A DNA stretch of 63,702 bases, the filler included, from Nemertoderma westbladi (taxonomy: Eukaryota > Animalia > Xenacoelomorpha): assembly GCA_032718475.1 (NCBI GenBank). It is 4 parts of 4 records of this genome, joined end to end, with 100 filler letters (N's around TTAATTAATTAA, not from the genome) between each part and the next. Parts side by side here need not be neighbours in the genome. Positions count along the whole stretch, not along the records: positions 1 to 24,383 come from JAUCBJ010003282.1; 3 more parts are not named here. One strand, 5' to 3'. A program made the position numbers and the translations under genes. Numbering within the stretch: position 1 is the first letter of the stretch; each line of letters opens with the position of its first letter. Shown in pieces: positions 13,319-24,483 of the stretch. The notes beneath the pieces were generated by a model, which did not search any database, was not told where the DNA came from, and was given only the letters and a program-made list of their open reading frames with translations.

Positions 13319-13606
13319 TACTACTACTACTACTGCATCGAGTGAACTTGGACAGTGGAAATGAGATCCTTCCAGGCTTCCCAATTCTCCATAGTTGTCA
13401 TAATTTCGTTTCTTTCAAGTTCAGTATCCCTTTCAAGTTGATCTATATATGTTATAGCTGGTCTTCCACAGGTACGCTTTCCATGTGTTGGTTGCCTCAA
13501 AAGTAGATCTGGTATGACCTCGTCTTTACTTCTCCAGAAGTGCCCACTGAATCTTAATCTGGGTTCACAGAGGGTGTTTGATACAGGTGGTCTTAATTGT
13601 ACCATA
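13319..13606 (-). mobile_element. RTE-clade LINE, 3' end (copy 1, split by a CR1 insertion)
   Basis: Encodes RLRFSGHFWRSKDEVIPDLLL..PTHGKR..GRPAITYIDQL and has a (GTA)n tail. Similar to the copies at 37782 and 41348. Confidence 0.85.
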
Positions 13607-13792
13607 GAGATAAGATAAGATAAGATATTTTATTAGAGGAGACACCTCGGCTAGTGCAGCACACATAACATTGATAAACAACACACTTATATCATTAAAA
13701 TTTACGACACGAAGTGACTTATGCACCAGCTAAACTAAGATTAAGTAAAATTATACACTTCAATAAAACATAGTTAAAATCAATATTAAACG

Positions 13793-15721
13793 TTACAGAT
13801 TTCGATCAAATTTTATATATTTTTTAAAATCCACAGTAAGTAATTTCGACTTAAAAACGTTAAGAGACGGACTATTCACCACATTAGTAGGTGAATCGTT
13901 CCATATGTTAACAACACGGTTGAAAAATACGTTCTCAACACAGTTTGTATTGCACTTTGACCCACGAATTTTGAAACGATGTCCTCTGGTAATGCAATTT
14001 CTTATTACGGTAAAATAGTCATTGCACCTAAGATTAACTAGACCGTGCATTATCTTAAAAGTGTATACCAAGTCAGCGTGTATCCTACGTAGTTCTAGTG
14101 GCTGTAGGCCTAGATATGTCAATCTCTCAATATATGGGATATCTGGGTCCAGATGACAACGAAAAAACAGACGCCTTGTAAAGTAGCGTTGCACGGCTTC
14201 AAGTTTATCAGTTAGACCAAAGAAAGGTACTCCCTTTGTAAATGGATTCCAAACACAACTAGCATATTCTAGAACGGGCCGAGTGTATGATTTATAAGCC
14301 GTAATCAGCGCTTCTCTGTTAGACGTAATAAAACACCGAAATATTTTATTAACAGACCGATATGCTGACGCTGTAATATTCAAAATATGCTCTGAGAAAT
14401 TAAGCCTACTATCAATAGTTACACCAAGATCACGGTAAGCATGCACAGAGTCTAGATATTTGCCGTTAATTGTATACATTGGAGATACTGAAGTACCGCT
14501 ATTTATTGTTAAAACCTTACATTTGTCGTTGGCAACACTCAATTGCCAGTCATTGGACCAATCTGAGAAAATAATAATGTTATCCTGTAACGTGTATCTA
14601 TCACTAGCACAATTAATGACGGAAAATAATTTTGCATCATCAGCAAACAGTTTCGCAGATGTACCGCTGATCATTTTATTTGGTAGGTCATTAATAAAAA
14701 TAATAAATAGAAGAGGTCCACAACAGGAACCTTCGGGAACCCCGGATATTATAGGATGGTAGTTTGAAAAAGTATTACCTATTTTTACACGTTGTCGCCT
14801 ACCAGTTAAATAATTTGTAAACCAACGATAGACGTTGCCGCTCATGCCGTAGTTACGAAGTTTTAATAGTAATTTATCAGTCACCACAGTATCAAAAGCT
14901 TTGGCGTAGTCAGTATAGACTACATCAACCATCTTTTTCTTATTTACAGCGTTTGCCCAATTATAGGAACTATTTAATAATTGTTCCTCGGTACTGCGAC
15001 CACTGACAAATCCATATTGATCCTCGCTTATTAAATTATTGCTATGTAAGAAATATGAAATATCCACAACTAGTATACGTTCTAATAAACGACATACAGA
15101 CGCCGTCTGTGATATAGGTCTGTAGTTAGGGGCTAAAGAGGTATCACCCTTCTTAAAACACGGCGTGATGTCAACACTTTTCCATCGTGGTGGAAGTTCA
15201 CCAGTAATTAATGACGTGTTAAATAGTTTACACAAGGGCGTACAAAGTTCAAATCGTAGTATTTTGAGAACAGCAACTGGTACCCCGTCAGGTGTGCCAG
15301 TGTATTTCAATGGTAATTTAGAAAGGTGTTTGTAAACCTTTTGTTCTGATATGCTATGTATATCGAACAGTTTATCTGTTACAGGGGGAAATAAAGGAGT
15401 AACATTATTATCATAAACACCAACAGATGAAAATTGCTCGTTCAGACATTCGCATTTTTCTATATCTGTTTCAGCTAATGACCCATCAGCTCTTTTTAGA
15501 GTTGAAACTGATGGTCGACTAGAAACTCTGTTCTTCGCATATTTATAGAATGCTTTTTTACAAGACCCAGTAAGGATTTTAATTTCTTTTTGCATATGAA
15601 AATCGCGAATGGCTTTTTCACAAATAAAACAAACACGTCTATAAGCACGCAAATCAGTTACGGAATTATTCTTTTTACGCCACAACAACCACTTAGAAGC
15701 CTGCAATTTTCGGATATGCAA
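13793..15721 (-). CDS. CR1-type reverse transcriptase (C-terminal part of ORF2)
   Basis: Motifs NYRPISQT, YTDYAKAFDTV, GVPEGSCCGPLLFIIFINDL, LFADDAKLF, RDLGV, RPVLEYASCVWNP and TRGHRFK...FFNRVVNIWN. Confidence 0.9.
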   Translation of the reverse strand: MHIRKLQASKWLLWRKKNNSVTDLRAYRRVCFICEKAIRDFHMQKEIKILTGSCKKAFYKYAKNRVSSRPSVSTLKRADGSLAETDIEKCECLNEQFSSVGVYDNNVTPLFPPVTDKLFDIHSISEQKVYKHLSKLPLKYTGTPDGVPVAVLKILRFELCTPLCKLFNTSLITGELPPRWKSVDITPCFKKGDTSLAPNYRPISQTASVCRLLERILVVDISYFLHSNNLISEDQYGFVSGRSTEEQLLNSSYNWANAVNKKKMVDVVYTDYAKAFDTVVTDKLLLKLRNYGMSGNVYRWFTNYLTGRRQRVKIGNTFSNYHPIISGVPEGSCCGPLLFIIFINDLPNKMISGTSAKLFADDAKLFSVINCASDRYTLQDNIIIFSDWSNDWQLSVANDKCKVLTINSGTSVSPMYTINGKYLDSVHAYRDLGVTIDSRLNFSEHILNITASAYRSVNKIFRCFITSNREALITAYKSYTRPVLEYASCVWNPFTKGVPFFGLTDKLEAVQRYFTRRLFFRCHLDPDIPYIERLTYLGLQPLELRRIHADLVYTFKIMHGLVNLRCNDYFTVIRNCITRGHRFKIRGSKCNTNCVENVFFNRVVNIWNDSPTNVVNSPSLNVFKSKLLTVDFKKYIKFDRNL

Positions 15722-16450
15722 GGGTGGGCGGAAGAAAACCCTTGATGGTCGCTCGGTTTTTGAATAGTCGAGTTTACGGCACTATTTCCAATTGGAGGTT
15801 CACATTGAACATCCCCAATTAGAAATGGATCATTACACAACAACAAGTCTAGTATTGCGTCATCACGGGTTGTAAAGTCAATTAATTGGCATAAGTTTGA
15901 TGCTGAAACTGCATTAATAAATTTATCACATTGCGAGTTTGGCCTTTTGTTTAAATCTGACCAATTAATAGCACCAAAATTGAAGTCACCCATAATGAAA
16001 ACTGGTTGGGGTACCTCGCTAATTTCAATCATAAGACTGTTAACTAGATTCAAGTACTGATGCATTTCATGGTAGTTATTGTAACATGAGTCTGGCGGAC
16101 GATAAATGCAGACAATACGACATTTTTCTACAGTATTTATGTCAACGGATACACACTCTATGCTATTGTAACGTTGAGGGATAGCTACCAGGGTTGGTTG
16201 CAGATTATTTTTACAAATGATCGCAAAACCCCCGCCACACGTATTGGGTGGACGATCCTTTCGATAAAGTTTATAATCATCTTTAAACTCGCCCAAGAGT
16301 AGAGTCCTCGTCGTCAGGTGTGAGGTGAGTCTCGCATAGACCAACAATATCATAATTAAATGAACCAATTCGCGATTGCAGGTCGCCATATTTATATATA
16401 TATATATATATAGTATTGAACGCACGTTTGCAAAGAAACATTTATTTTTT
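15658..16450 (-). pseudogene. APE endonuclease of CR1 ORF2, frameshifted
   Basis: Starts CFFANVRSI. YDIVGLCETH is in another frame after a (TA)n run at ~16390-16413. Also RKDR..GGG, IMGDFN, TR..AILDL and SDH. It joins the RT out of frame with an apparently shortened linker. Confidence 0.85.
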
Positions 16451-16486
16451 TAATATTCGATTGCGGTAAACGAGTAGAGGTGCCTC

Positions 16487-18103
16487 CTACTGGTCGTTTT
16501 CCGGGATATGGGATCCGGGGTGACTGAGCGATCCAGGTTGGGATTTGTTTGCTTTCTGCTGCAGCCGTGGGGCTCGTTTAGGTCCCACATTCTTTGACTT
16601 AAGCTGTTGAAGTGAAGCTTCCGCGCATTCGTATTCCGCGTCGCTAACTGAAACGCTAGATCTCCAGTTTATTCTACCATCATCCGTTCGCTTACGCAGC
16701 ACATATGAGTCCGATCGTTGATCAAAAACTACGAGTATGCGGCCGGATTTATCCCCATTAACGTTAAGACGTTTGCAATGTTCCCATAGAACGTTTCGAT
16801 GGCGGATGGCGTCTGAACTTAAACACGGACGCACATAAATAGATTTGAACTGAGAAGATTTCGAAAGAAGGTGCTTCCGGCTCAACAGCAGACTGCGATC
16901 GTTGGCTGAATCAAGTTGTACCTTAATAAGTCGTGGTTTATTAGAGTAGCTAGGTTTGGGGATTCGTTGGATATCTACAACTTTCATCGATGGACAATCT
17001 AGAACCGACAACAGTAATCCAATTGTATCAACATCACTGCTGGCTGAGGGGGAGTTATCGTGTACATTTTTATCAGGAACTCCTTCAATAATAACAGACG
17101 ATCGAATAGAATCCGATTCATCCTTCTTCCGGAGAATGCTGTTCACACTGTCTACAATACGTTCTTCAAGTGAGTGAGCTTGTGGTTTCACAGCACTATT
17201 AGGCCTATCCACTGTAGGTTGTCTAGGCCTACGCTTGTTAGTATGAGTTTTCCATGTGTTTCCATCACCCGTTCCATTACCGGTACCGGTATCCGTTTCC
17301 ATGTCGCCAGTAACAAACGCACTAAGTTTATCAATCTTCCTACAGAGTAGTTTAATCGATATTGACTCGTCATCTACAGGTTTCTCTAGGCTAATTTGTT
17401 CCGTGAATGTTCCAGAATTCCTACATTGTTCACATATCTATAATATCGATATATAAGAATTAATTGTTTTATGAACACCAACTGTTAGACCACTGCACTT
17501 TGAGCATGTGCACTGCTTACAACTTCCGCAATTGTCGCACTGTCCTGTGAGCCGTTCCGGTTGGCGCGTGGTTAGGCCTTCTGATGGAGATACCTGGGTG
17601 CAGTCTACCTTCGCGCCACCCTTCGGACGACCTCGAACAGCTCGGTTTGGACCGTCCGCTGGGTTGGCAGGGGCAGTGGTTTTTATTTTCGAAAGTGAAC
17701 CAGTGCTGGTGCCGGTACCGGTGGCAGACTCAAGAACATCATTCGGAGTAGCCGTAGAGTCGCCGTAGCAACTTAGTATATGAAGTTGTAGATCGTCTAT
17801 ATCTCTGAATGTAAGATCACAATTGTCACATTTCGCTGAGATTAATCGCCGTTTCCCGACATTGTTCCTTCCCATTATTTGTGTCTTGTGAGCCCTGCTA
17901 AGAGTGGACCTTCTAGGCCTAGGGTCAGCGAGATGCGATTTAACGTCATTATCAACTCCGGGAGGACCGGTATCTTCGTCAACCCCTGGGTCTTGCGACA
18001 GTACATCAATTGAGTCATCGTCAGACTCCACAAGTAGTGTATCATACCGATTTGTCGACCCACAAGGTGCCGACATAATTACTGTACAGCAGTGACACTT
18101 CAC
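16487..18103 (-). pseudogene. CR1 ORF1 with one in-frame TAG
   Basis: ORFs 17438-18103 and 16487-17302 are in frame, and the 45 codons between them are open (ICEQCRNSG...). The C-terminal SVIIEGVPD...RLIKVQL...IYVRPCLS is typical of CR1/L2 ORF1. Cys-rich region upstream. Confidence 0.8.
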
Positions 18104-18252
18104 AGCTTGATGCAGTTCAAATAAAAATGTAATAATGCAATAATAATTGATTTCTGTACTTGCAGACTCTGCGCTGTATACAGCAGTGCTGAGCTAGACA
18201 CAGTATGAGTAAATTATTAATTGTTACTTGTGATACTGTAGGTTAAACAAAT

Positions 18253-18478
18253 ATAAGCTTGGTGTTTGTCATGTGTTGTCTCCAGCTAATGTTTAGGGCT
18301 GTCCTTAGTAGTCATGTGTAGCAACCATCCATTCGTTTTTCAAGTGATTTTGTCAGTGTCCAGGTTTCACCCGTATAAAAGTACACTTTCCACTGTGGCT
18401 CAAAAGAACTTAGTCTTCAGGTGCCTGGAGAGATCTTATTTCCAGATGTTATCCATTTTTGATTGAGCTACCCTTTGG
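18253..18478 (-). mobile_element. RTE LINE fragment (continuation of copy 1)
   Basis: Matches ~38065-38297 of RTE copy 2, resuming exactly where 13606 stops. Confidence 0.85.
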
Positions 18479-18674
18479 CTGCGATAGGGTGTATATATAT
18501 TCCACAATGACAATAAATGTTTGCATAAATGATTGGCTGATATCAGGAGTGTTTTAACTCCATATTGTTCTGTTTATTTCGTGCGCTGTGATTGGTTGTA
18601 GTGTGGTGCGTTTTTATTCAATGTGGGCTTCTTGTCAATAATTATGGGATATATCTTTTCACTCTATCCGTAAC

Positions 18675-19937
18675 AAGGCCTACTAGATAATAGACCATGC
18701 AGCCAGAATTCAGCCTTCTAACTTGAGGGCTGAACTTTCTCTGTTTCTGCAGTTGTATTTCAGTATTTTTTACAGTTTTAAGCCTACCCCTATGGGCCTC
18801 CTCTGTATTACTTTGTACTGTAGGCCCTATTACCATATTTCTTTGTTATTAGGACTGTAGGATCTGAGGATATTTTAGCTTGTTCCATATTTAAATTATC
18901 AATGCTGCGATGGACTGATGGGTAAGAAGTGTTCAGTTGGTGGCTGTCAATCTGGCTTTGATCTGACAGTTGCTGAGAATCAATGAAATGAAATGTAAGA
19001 AAAAATCACTGTGTTCAGCATTCTGAAAAATACGGAGGAACACGATTCCTGGATTCGACGTTTGCCAAATATCATCAAACCCAACGAGGTAGGCCTAACG
19101 TCAAATATGGGGGTATGCTGGAAACACTGGCTGGTGATGGAGATGATGATGAAAAAGAGCAGTGGAAGATTTTACATTCCTGCCGATCCCCCATCGACCA
19201 CTGCAAACAAGGTTTTCATCAGTATCCGAATCATCACTTTGATTAGAGAAAACAGTTACAAATCCATCGATTTGGACGGCAAGATTCTTTAAAATACTGC
19301 TGATTCGCTCTTTGAAATCGACTTTCTTAATGCGATCCATCTGGAGGAAGTCCTCAGTTTGGTTGATCGCTGGAAATCTCGATGCCACGGATGTCCTCAC
19401 AGTGGTCCATTTATGTCCAGGGGGAGTCAGAATGATCGATGGAACAACTCCTTCGAATATCGATGGGGATCGGCTGGAATGTCAAATCTGCCACTGCTCT
19501 TTTTCATCATCATCTCCATCGCCAGCCAGTGTTTCCAGCATGCCCCCATATTGTACATTACCTTGTTGGGTTTGATGATATTCGGCAAATGTCAAATCCA
19601 GCAATCGCGTTTTTCGGAAAGCTGTACACAGTGATTTTTTCTTGCATTTAATTTCGTTGATTCTCGGCAACTGTCAGATCGTAGCCACATCGACAGTCCA
19701 TCGCAGCATTGATAACTTAAATATTGAACAAGCTAAAATATCCTCAGATTCTACCATCCTAACAACAAAGTAATACGGTAATAGGGCCTACAGTACACAG
19801 TAATACAGAGGAGGCCCATACGGGTAGGCCTTAAAACTGTACAAAATACTTAAATACAACTGCAGAAACAGATAAAGTTCAGCCCTCAAGTTAGAAGGCT
19901 TAATTCTGGCTGCATGGCCTATTATCTAGTAGGCCTT
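18675..19937. mobile_element. Foldback of two inverted THAP-domain (P-element-like transposase N-terminus) fragments
   Basis: Arms ~18675-19197 and ~19461-19937 are reverse complements. The plus arm reads MGKKCSVGGCQSGFD...SWIRRLPN...MGVCWKHW...PADPPS (THAP C2CH signature, with stops). The spacer is the minus-strand continuation (IFEGVVPSII...). Confidence 0.75.
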
Positions 19938-20149
19938 CATCCATAACCGTGCATTTGCCATATCTGTATGCACATACAATTATGTGCGTATGAAATGGAT
20001 TCCTATGGAGAATTATTCGTATGTGATCTGAGATATTAGACATTATAGGGTGGAGACCCTGCCCTATAATGCAAGGTCTCACTCAGGTCTTTATATCCCA
20101 GGGGTCTTTAAATCCCAAGGGTCTTTATATCCCACATCCTAATAAAGTT

Positions 20150-23067
20150 CTCTGACAACGTGTATTCGAAGCACAAGTTTGTTGTGGAAAATTTTGCTAA
20201 ACTTCCACCTTCTCCTCCAGCCCAAATGGTTCTTTCGCAACTAGTCAGCGATGTGAGCACCCTCAAAGAAAAAATGGCTTCACTGGAATCGAAGACTAGG
20301 ACTGGTAATCCGGTAAGTTCGAACTCCAGTAGGCCTTCTGACCCTGTAGAATCTGCGTTTCAGGGTACGGGTAGTGAATCTAGGCCTATCTCCTGGGCGG
20401 ACCAGACGGCAACTCCGATGAGAGACTATAATAACCTACTAGGAAATGATGACGGTAGGGTTAGAGTAGGACCATCTGATGCTGGCGGCCAGAGTCTTGA
20501 CCGGCGGCAATATGGAAACCTGTCACAGCCATGTCCGCCGACTACTACCCGTAACTGCTTCTCCTACTTAGAATGTTCCGGGGTCTAGCCAGGCTCAGTT
20601 TTACAACCCTGCTGCCTTGCAGGCTGCTTATTACACAAACCCGCCGAATCCGGCTTTGCCGCTTTCCTATTCAGCTACGCTTCTAAGTCAAAGACCTCAT
20701 TCTTCAGGGGTATCTGTATCGAGTTACAGAAGTTTACAAAATAATTCGGCTGCTTCCACCGGTGCGGCCGCTGCGATGACCTCTGACGATGGTATGACCC
20801 TTGTGGGTCGACGAGGACGTCCGATAAGCCCCGTTCCCAGCTCGGTGACAGGAACACGGACCGGACAACTTTGGCAACGCAAGCGACCACCTCCTGTATT
20901 CAGCAAGAATAATTCTGGAACCTTGAAGGGAGTAACTCGTTCTATTAAACTCTATGTCTCGAGAATCAAACCTGGGACTTAAGATAGCCAAGTGGTGAGC
21001 TTTATTAAAGACAACTTCGATGTTACAGTAACCTGCTCTAAGGTTCAGACAAACATTGATGCGTTCGATTCTTTCCAGATATCTTGCTCTAATGATGCTG
21101 CAATGACGTTTAAGGGGGGGGGGGGGGGGGGGGGGTATACCCCCCCTCAGGTAAAATTTTCAAATTGTTGTTTCTTTATTTCACCTAGAGCAGAATTTAA
21201 TGAGGATTACATATCTGAAAACGGCTTAGTGAGACCTCTTTCGGTTCTCGAGTTATCACTGTTTTTCCGTATGACGGTCTGTCCGTCAAATTGTAAGAAA
21301 GACAGAAGACCGACAGACAGACAGATAGACTAGATTCCACCAAAAATTAAAACTGACATCGGAAATGAAATCAGCGACCCCGAAAACCCCAGTAATGAAC
21401 ATTTTAGCTCGTTGGTGGGCATCCTTCGTGCCAGAAATAATTAACCAACCAGAACACAGACAACCAATTTTGGCGGGATGGTTTAAACTTTGAAGGGCAT
21501 TTTCTCGGAATGACATTTTTCATTTTCAAATTACTACTCCTCCGTCATTTTTTAACCAATTTTCTTAGTTTATGGCTCATTCGAACGAGCTTTGGACGCT
21601 CTTTAAAAGTTATCTTATGGAATTTTGATAAATATTACTATTTTTTCTAATTACCCAATTTTAATTAAAAATATGATAATTAATTAATTAAATTAATTAA
21701 TTAAAAAAAAAAATGGCTAATTAAAAATTCTATAAGATAACTTTTGTAGAGTCGATCACGCTGAGTCCAAAAAAGTTGGTTTCAAGAAATTTGGACCAAA
21801 ATTGAGGGACTAGTAGCAATTTTAGTGAAATCTTTAATTCCGCCACCAGCCGCTAGGGGGAGGCCATACATTTTCAAATTTTACTATAAAGGCTATTTGG
21901 CCTTCCATACAGTGGTTGACCATGACAAAATGGCAATATTATAATTTAACACTAATTGACAGCCATTTAAAAAAAAGGTTCATGGGGGGGTATACCCCCC
22001 CCCCCCCCCCCTTAAGTCAACTGAGTTGGCAAGTAAATGGCCTGAGGGGGCTTTAATCAGAAAGTGGTTCGAGCCGCGTTTTCGCAAGGAAGGTCGCAGT
22101 ACAGCAAGTGCTGTTTTGCCAGCTGTTACGATAGCTCTGTTTCCCAGGCTCAAGCTTAAGATCAATGTCAGCATTACAGTGTGTATTTACATTCCTTTTT
22201 TTTTTTTAATAATAATAACAGTGCTCCTATTGCCGTAACTTATTTGATCCATATTTTTATTCATTTCTTTTAAATTTTTTTTTTTACAATCAAAATGGCG
22301 AATAAACTGAAATTGCTTCATATAATTGTAACTCTGTCCGGTGCGCAGAGTCGATGTTTGTTATTAGTGAAATTTGTAAAACTTGTGATATTTTGATGTT
22401 ACAGGAAACGATGCTTCCTAAACAGGATTTGTCGGTTTTAAATACCCTGCATCCTGATTTTTTAGCGAGGGGCTCCAGCCCAGTCGACTATTCAGATGGC
22501 TTATTAACTGGGCGTCCTCACGGTGGCCTGGCCTTTCTGTATAGGAAGTCGATTGCTCACCGTATTGATATTATAGATTACAATAACGCAAGAGTCTTAG
22601 GTACTACGATAAATCTAAATAGCGGACAAAGTCTTTTGCTATTAAATATTTACTTGCCTTTTGAGTGCCCAGAAAATATTGAGTTATTTTCAGAATGTTT
22701 AGGTACGATTAAATCTTTTGTACATACTGATGTTTTCAATCACGTAATAATAATGGGTGACTTTAACTCTAATCCTAAAAAAGTATTTTTTAACGAAGTT
22801 AAAGAATGGTCCGATTCTTGTAATTTAATTATTTCTGATGTTGAGACTTTACCTGATAATACTTTCACTTATATTAGCGACGCTCATTTAACAACGTCTT
22901 GGTTAGACCATATTATTTGTGCAAAAGTTACTCATGATATTATTGATAATATTTCAGTAAATTATGATCTGACGTTTAGGGATCATTTACCGGTAAATAT
23001 TACTTTAAATCTTCCAGTTGATTTATCCAGTGCTTGCGAGGGGACACTGGATCCCACCAATTGTGCT
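20150..23067 (+). mobile_element. 5' part of an APE-type LINE (RTE-X-like, tentative): broken ORF1 plus APE
   Basis: ORF1 pieces: ENFAKLPP...; KLYVSRIKPG...FDSFQIS...KWPEGALIRKWF. APE from ~22295: ASYNCNS, DILMLQET, GRPHGGLAFLY, IMGDFN, FTYISDAHLTTSWLDH, DHLPV. Truncated by an LTR at 23068. Confidence 0.75.
21114..22011. mobile_element. Kolobok-like non-autonomous element with TTAA target duplication
   Basis: ttaa|GGGG...TATACCCCCC ... GGGGGGGTATACCCC...C|ttaa. Removing it restores the LINE ORF1 frame (ATG ACG TTT AAG TCA ACT GAG TTG...). Confidence 0.85.
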
Positions 23068-23073
23068 TGTTAG
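22354..23073 (+). CDS. APE endonuclease domain of LINE ORF2 (truncated)
   Basis: Exonuclease-endonuclease-phosphatase motifs QET, GDFN, WLDH and DHLP. Confidence 0.85.
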   Translation: MFVISEICKTCDILMLQETMLPKQDLSVLNTLHPDFLARGSSPVDYSDGLLTGRPHGGLAFLYRKSIAHRIDIIDYNNARVLGTTINLNSGQSLLLLNIYLPFECPENIELFSECLGTIKSFVHTDVFNHVIIMGDFNSNPKKVFFNEVKEWSDSCNLIISDVETLPDNTFTYISDAHLTTSWLDHIICAKVTHDIIDNISVNYDLTFRDHLPVNITLNLPVDLSSACEGTLDPTNCAC

Positions 23074-24383
23074 CGAATCAATTCCGCTAACCACCCCACA
23101 AAGTTGGGCCAGCGAGACCCTTAAGCAATATTGGGAAGCACGAGGTTGATTGCCAATCAACCTCGTATCACCCCAATAAACGGGGACGACAAACCCCAAA
23201 GGGCCTCGCACAATAGAGGTTAGAGGTCAATATACCTCCAAGAGAGAGAATGACAGTAGCAAGGGGAGAACACTCCCAGAGAGATAGGAGAGCGAGAATG
23301 AGGTTATTGGCCAATGGGGGGCAAGCATCGACTGAGTAACAAGGCCACAAGTGCAGTAACCTATATATCATGTTGCATGCCCCACTACCGGTCAGTTCAC
23401 TCAGTAGTCACCAGTTTACCGTGGACCGGCGACATAGTTCGACCGTCATTGCGGTGCTGCTATAGGCCTACATATTATCTTACTGGTATATATGCTTCCT
23501 ATGCCTGTATCAGCTATCAATAGTCTCATATTATATTATCACTCTACCAGTTGAACACCGTACTCATAGCTTTATCCGTTTATACTTTCTATCGCGCCCA
23601 TCCATCAGCCCGCTGTGACGCGTACTTGCTAGACCCGGTCGGGATCCCTCGATCCCGTCACAGTCGAACTATCACCGACGCAACCAACTGTGACCACGAA
23701 AGAGTAAAGATGAGTCGAGAAAGAGAGACGACACCGCCGCGGACCCCGGACGGCGACTTAACGATCCGCGAGGCCGCGACGCGACGGTACCGACCCACGA
23801 CGCCGGATCCGTCGACCATAGACGATCCGGCAATCCAAGAGGAGGGGGGGGGGGGCCGTCTACAACGAGAGAGCGAGTCGAGAGAGGGGAGAGACGAGTC
23901 GACACACGACGGCGGTCGACGTGCCGATGTCGCCGGCCAGCCACAGGCCGAGGGCGACAGACGGCCCACCGGAACGGCGACGGTGGGGCCGCCGGTACGA
24001 CGCCGGACACGGAGAGGAATAGAGAGGTTGTCGGCGACGAGGACGTCGGAGTTAGCGACCAGCTCCGACGGGCTTACAACGCCACAAAGGAACAACTAAG
24101 GGAGGCCAAGGAAGGGGCGAGGATGGATCAGGTGAAGTTAGAGAAGCGGCTAGGTGAGTCGAATAAACATTTTGATTATCTGGTGCGCTTTGGGCAGGGA
24201 GAACTAGCCAGTGAAAGAGCGAGAGGGGTTGCCACCGAACTGTTTAAACTGTGGGAATGTAGGGGTATGGATCCTGGTGTAGTGTACATAGGGCCATACT
24301 TAGTCGATGCCCGGGGAATAAAATTAGTGGGTTGGAGGGGACCGCAGGAGGGTGAATCCGAGGTTAACCCCGAGGATTCGGTC
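23068..24383 (+). mobile_element. 5' LTR (23068-23662) and start of a Gag-like ORF of an LTR retrotransposon, probably BEL/Pao
   Basis: Termini TGTTAGC...GATCCCGTCACA are shared with the paralog at 25924-26469. The ORF from 23710 (frameshifted) reaches VNPEDS, resembling the P-x-D-S motif of BEL Gag N-termini. Ends at a gap. Confidence 0.65.
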
Positions 24384-24483
24384 NNNNNNNNNNNNNNNNN
24401 NNNNNNNNNNNNNNNNNNNNNNNNNNNTTAATTAATTAANNNNNNNNNNNNNNNNNNNNNNNNNNNNNNNNNNNNNNNNNNNN
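24384..24483. other. Artificial contig spacer
   Basis: N44-TTAATTAATTAA-N44, which gives stops in all six frames. Confidence 0.97.

Larger units (their letters stand above)
13607..18252 (-). mobile_element. CR1-group LINE, near full length but defective, nested in an RTE fragment
   Basis: ORF1 plus APE and RT. The 3' end is AATAAA followed by a (TATCT)n tail at 13607-13635. RTE sequence resumes at ~18253. Confidence 0.9.

Noticed and set aside
24428-24439. TTAATTAATTAA as a biological motif
   Set aside because: The identical 12-mer is centred in all three N runs, so it is an assembly linker.
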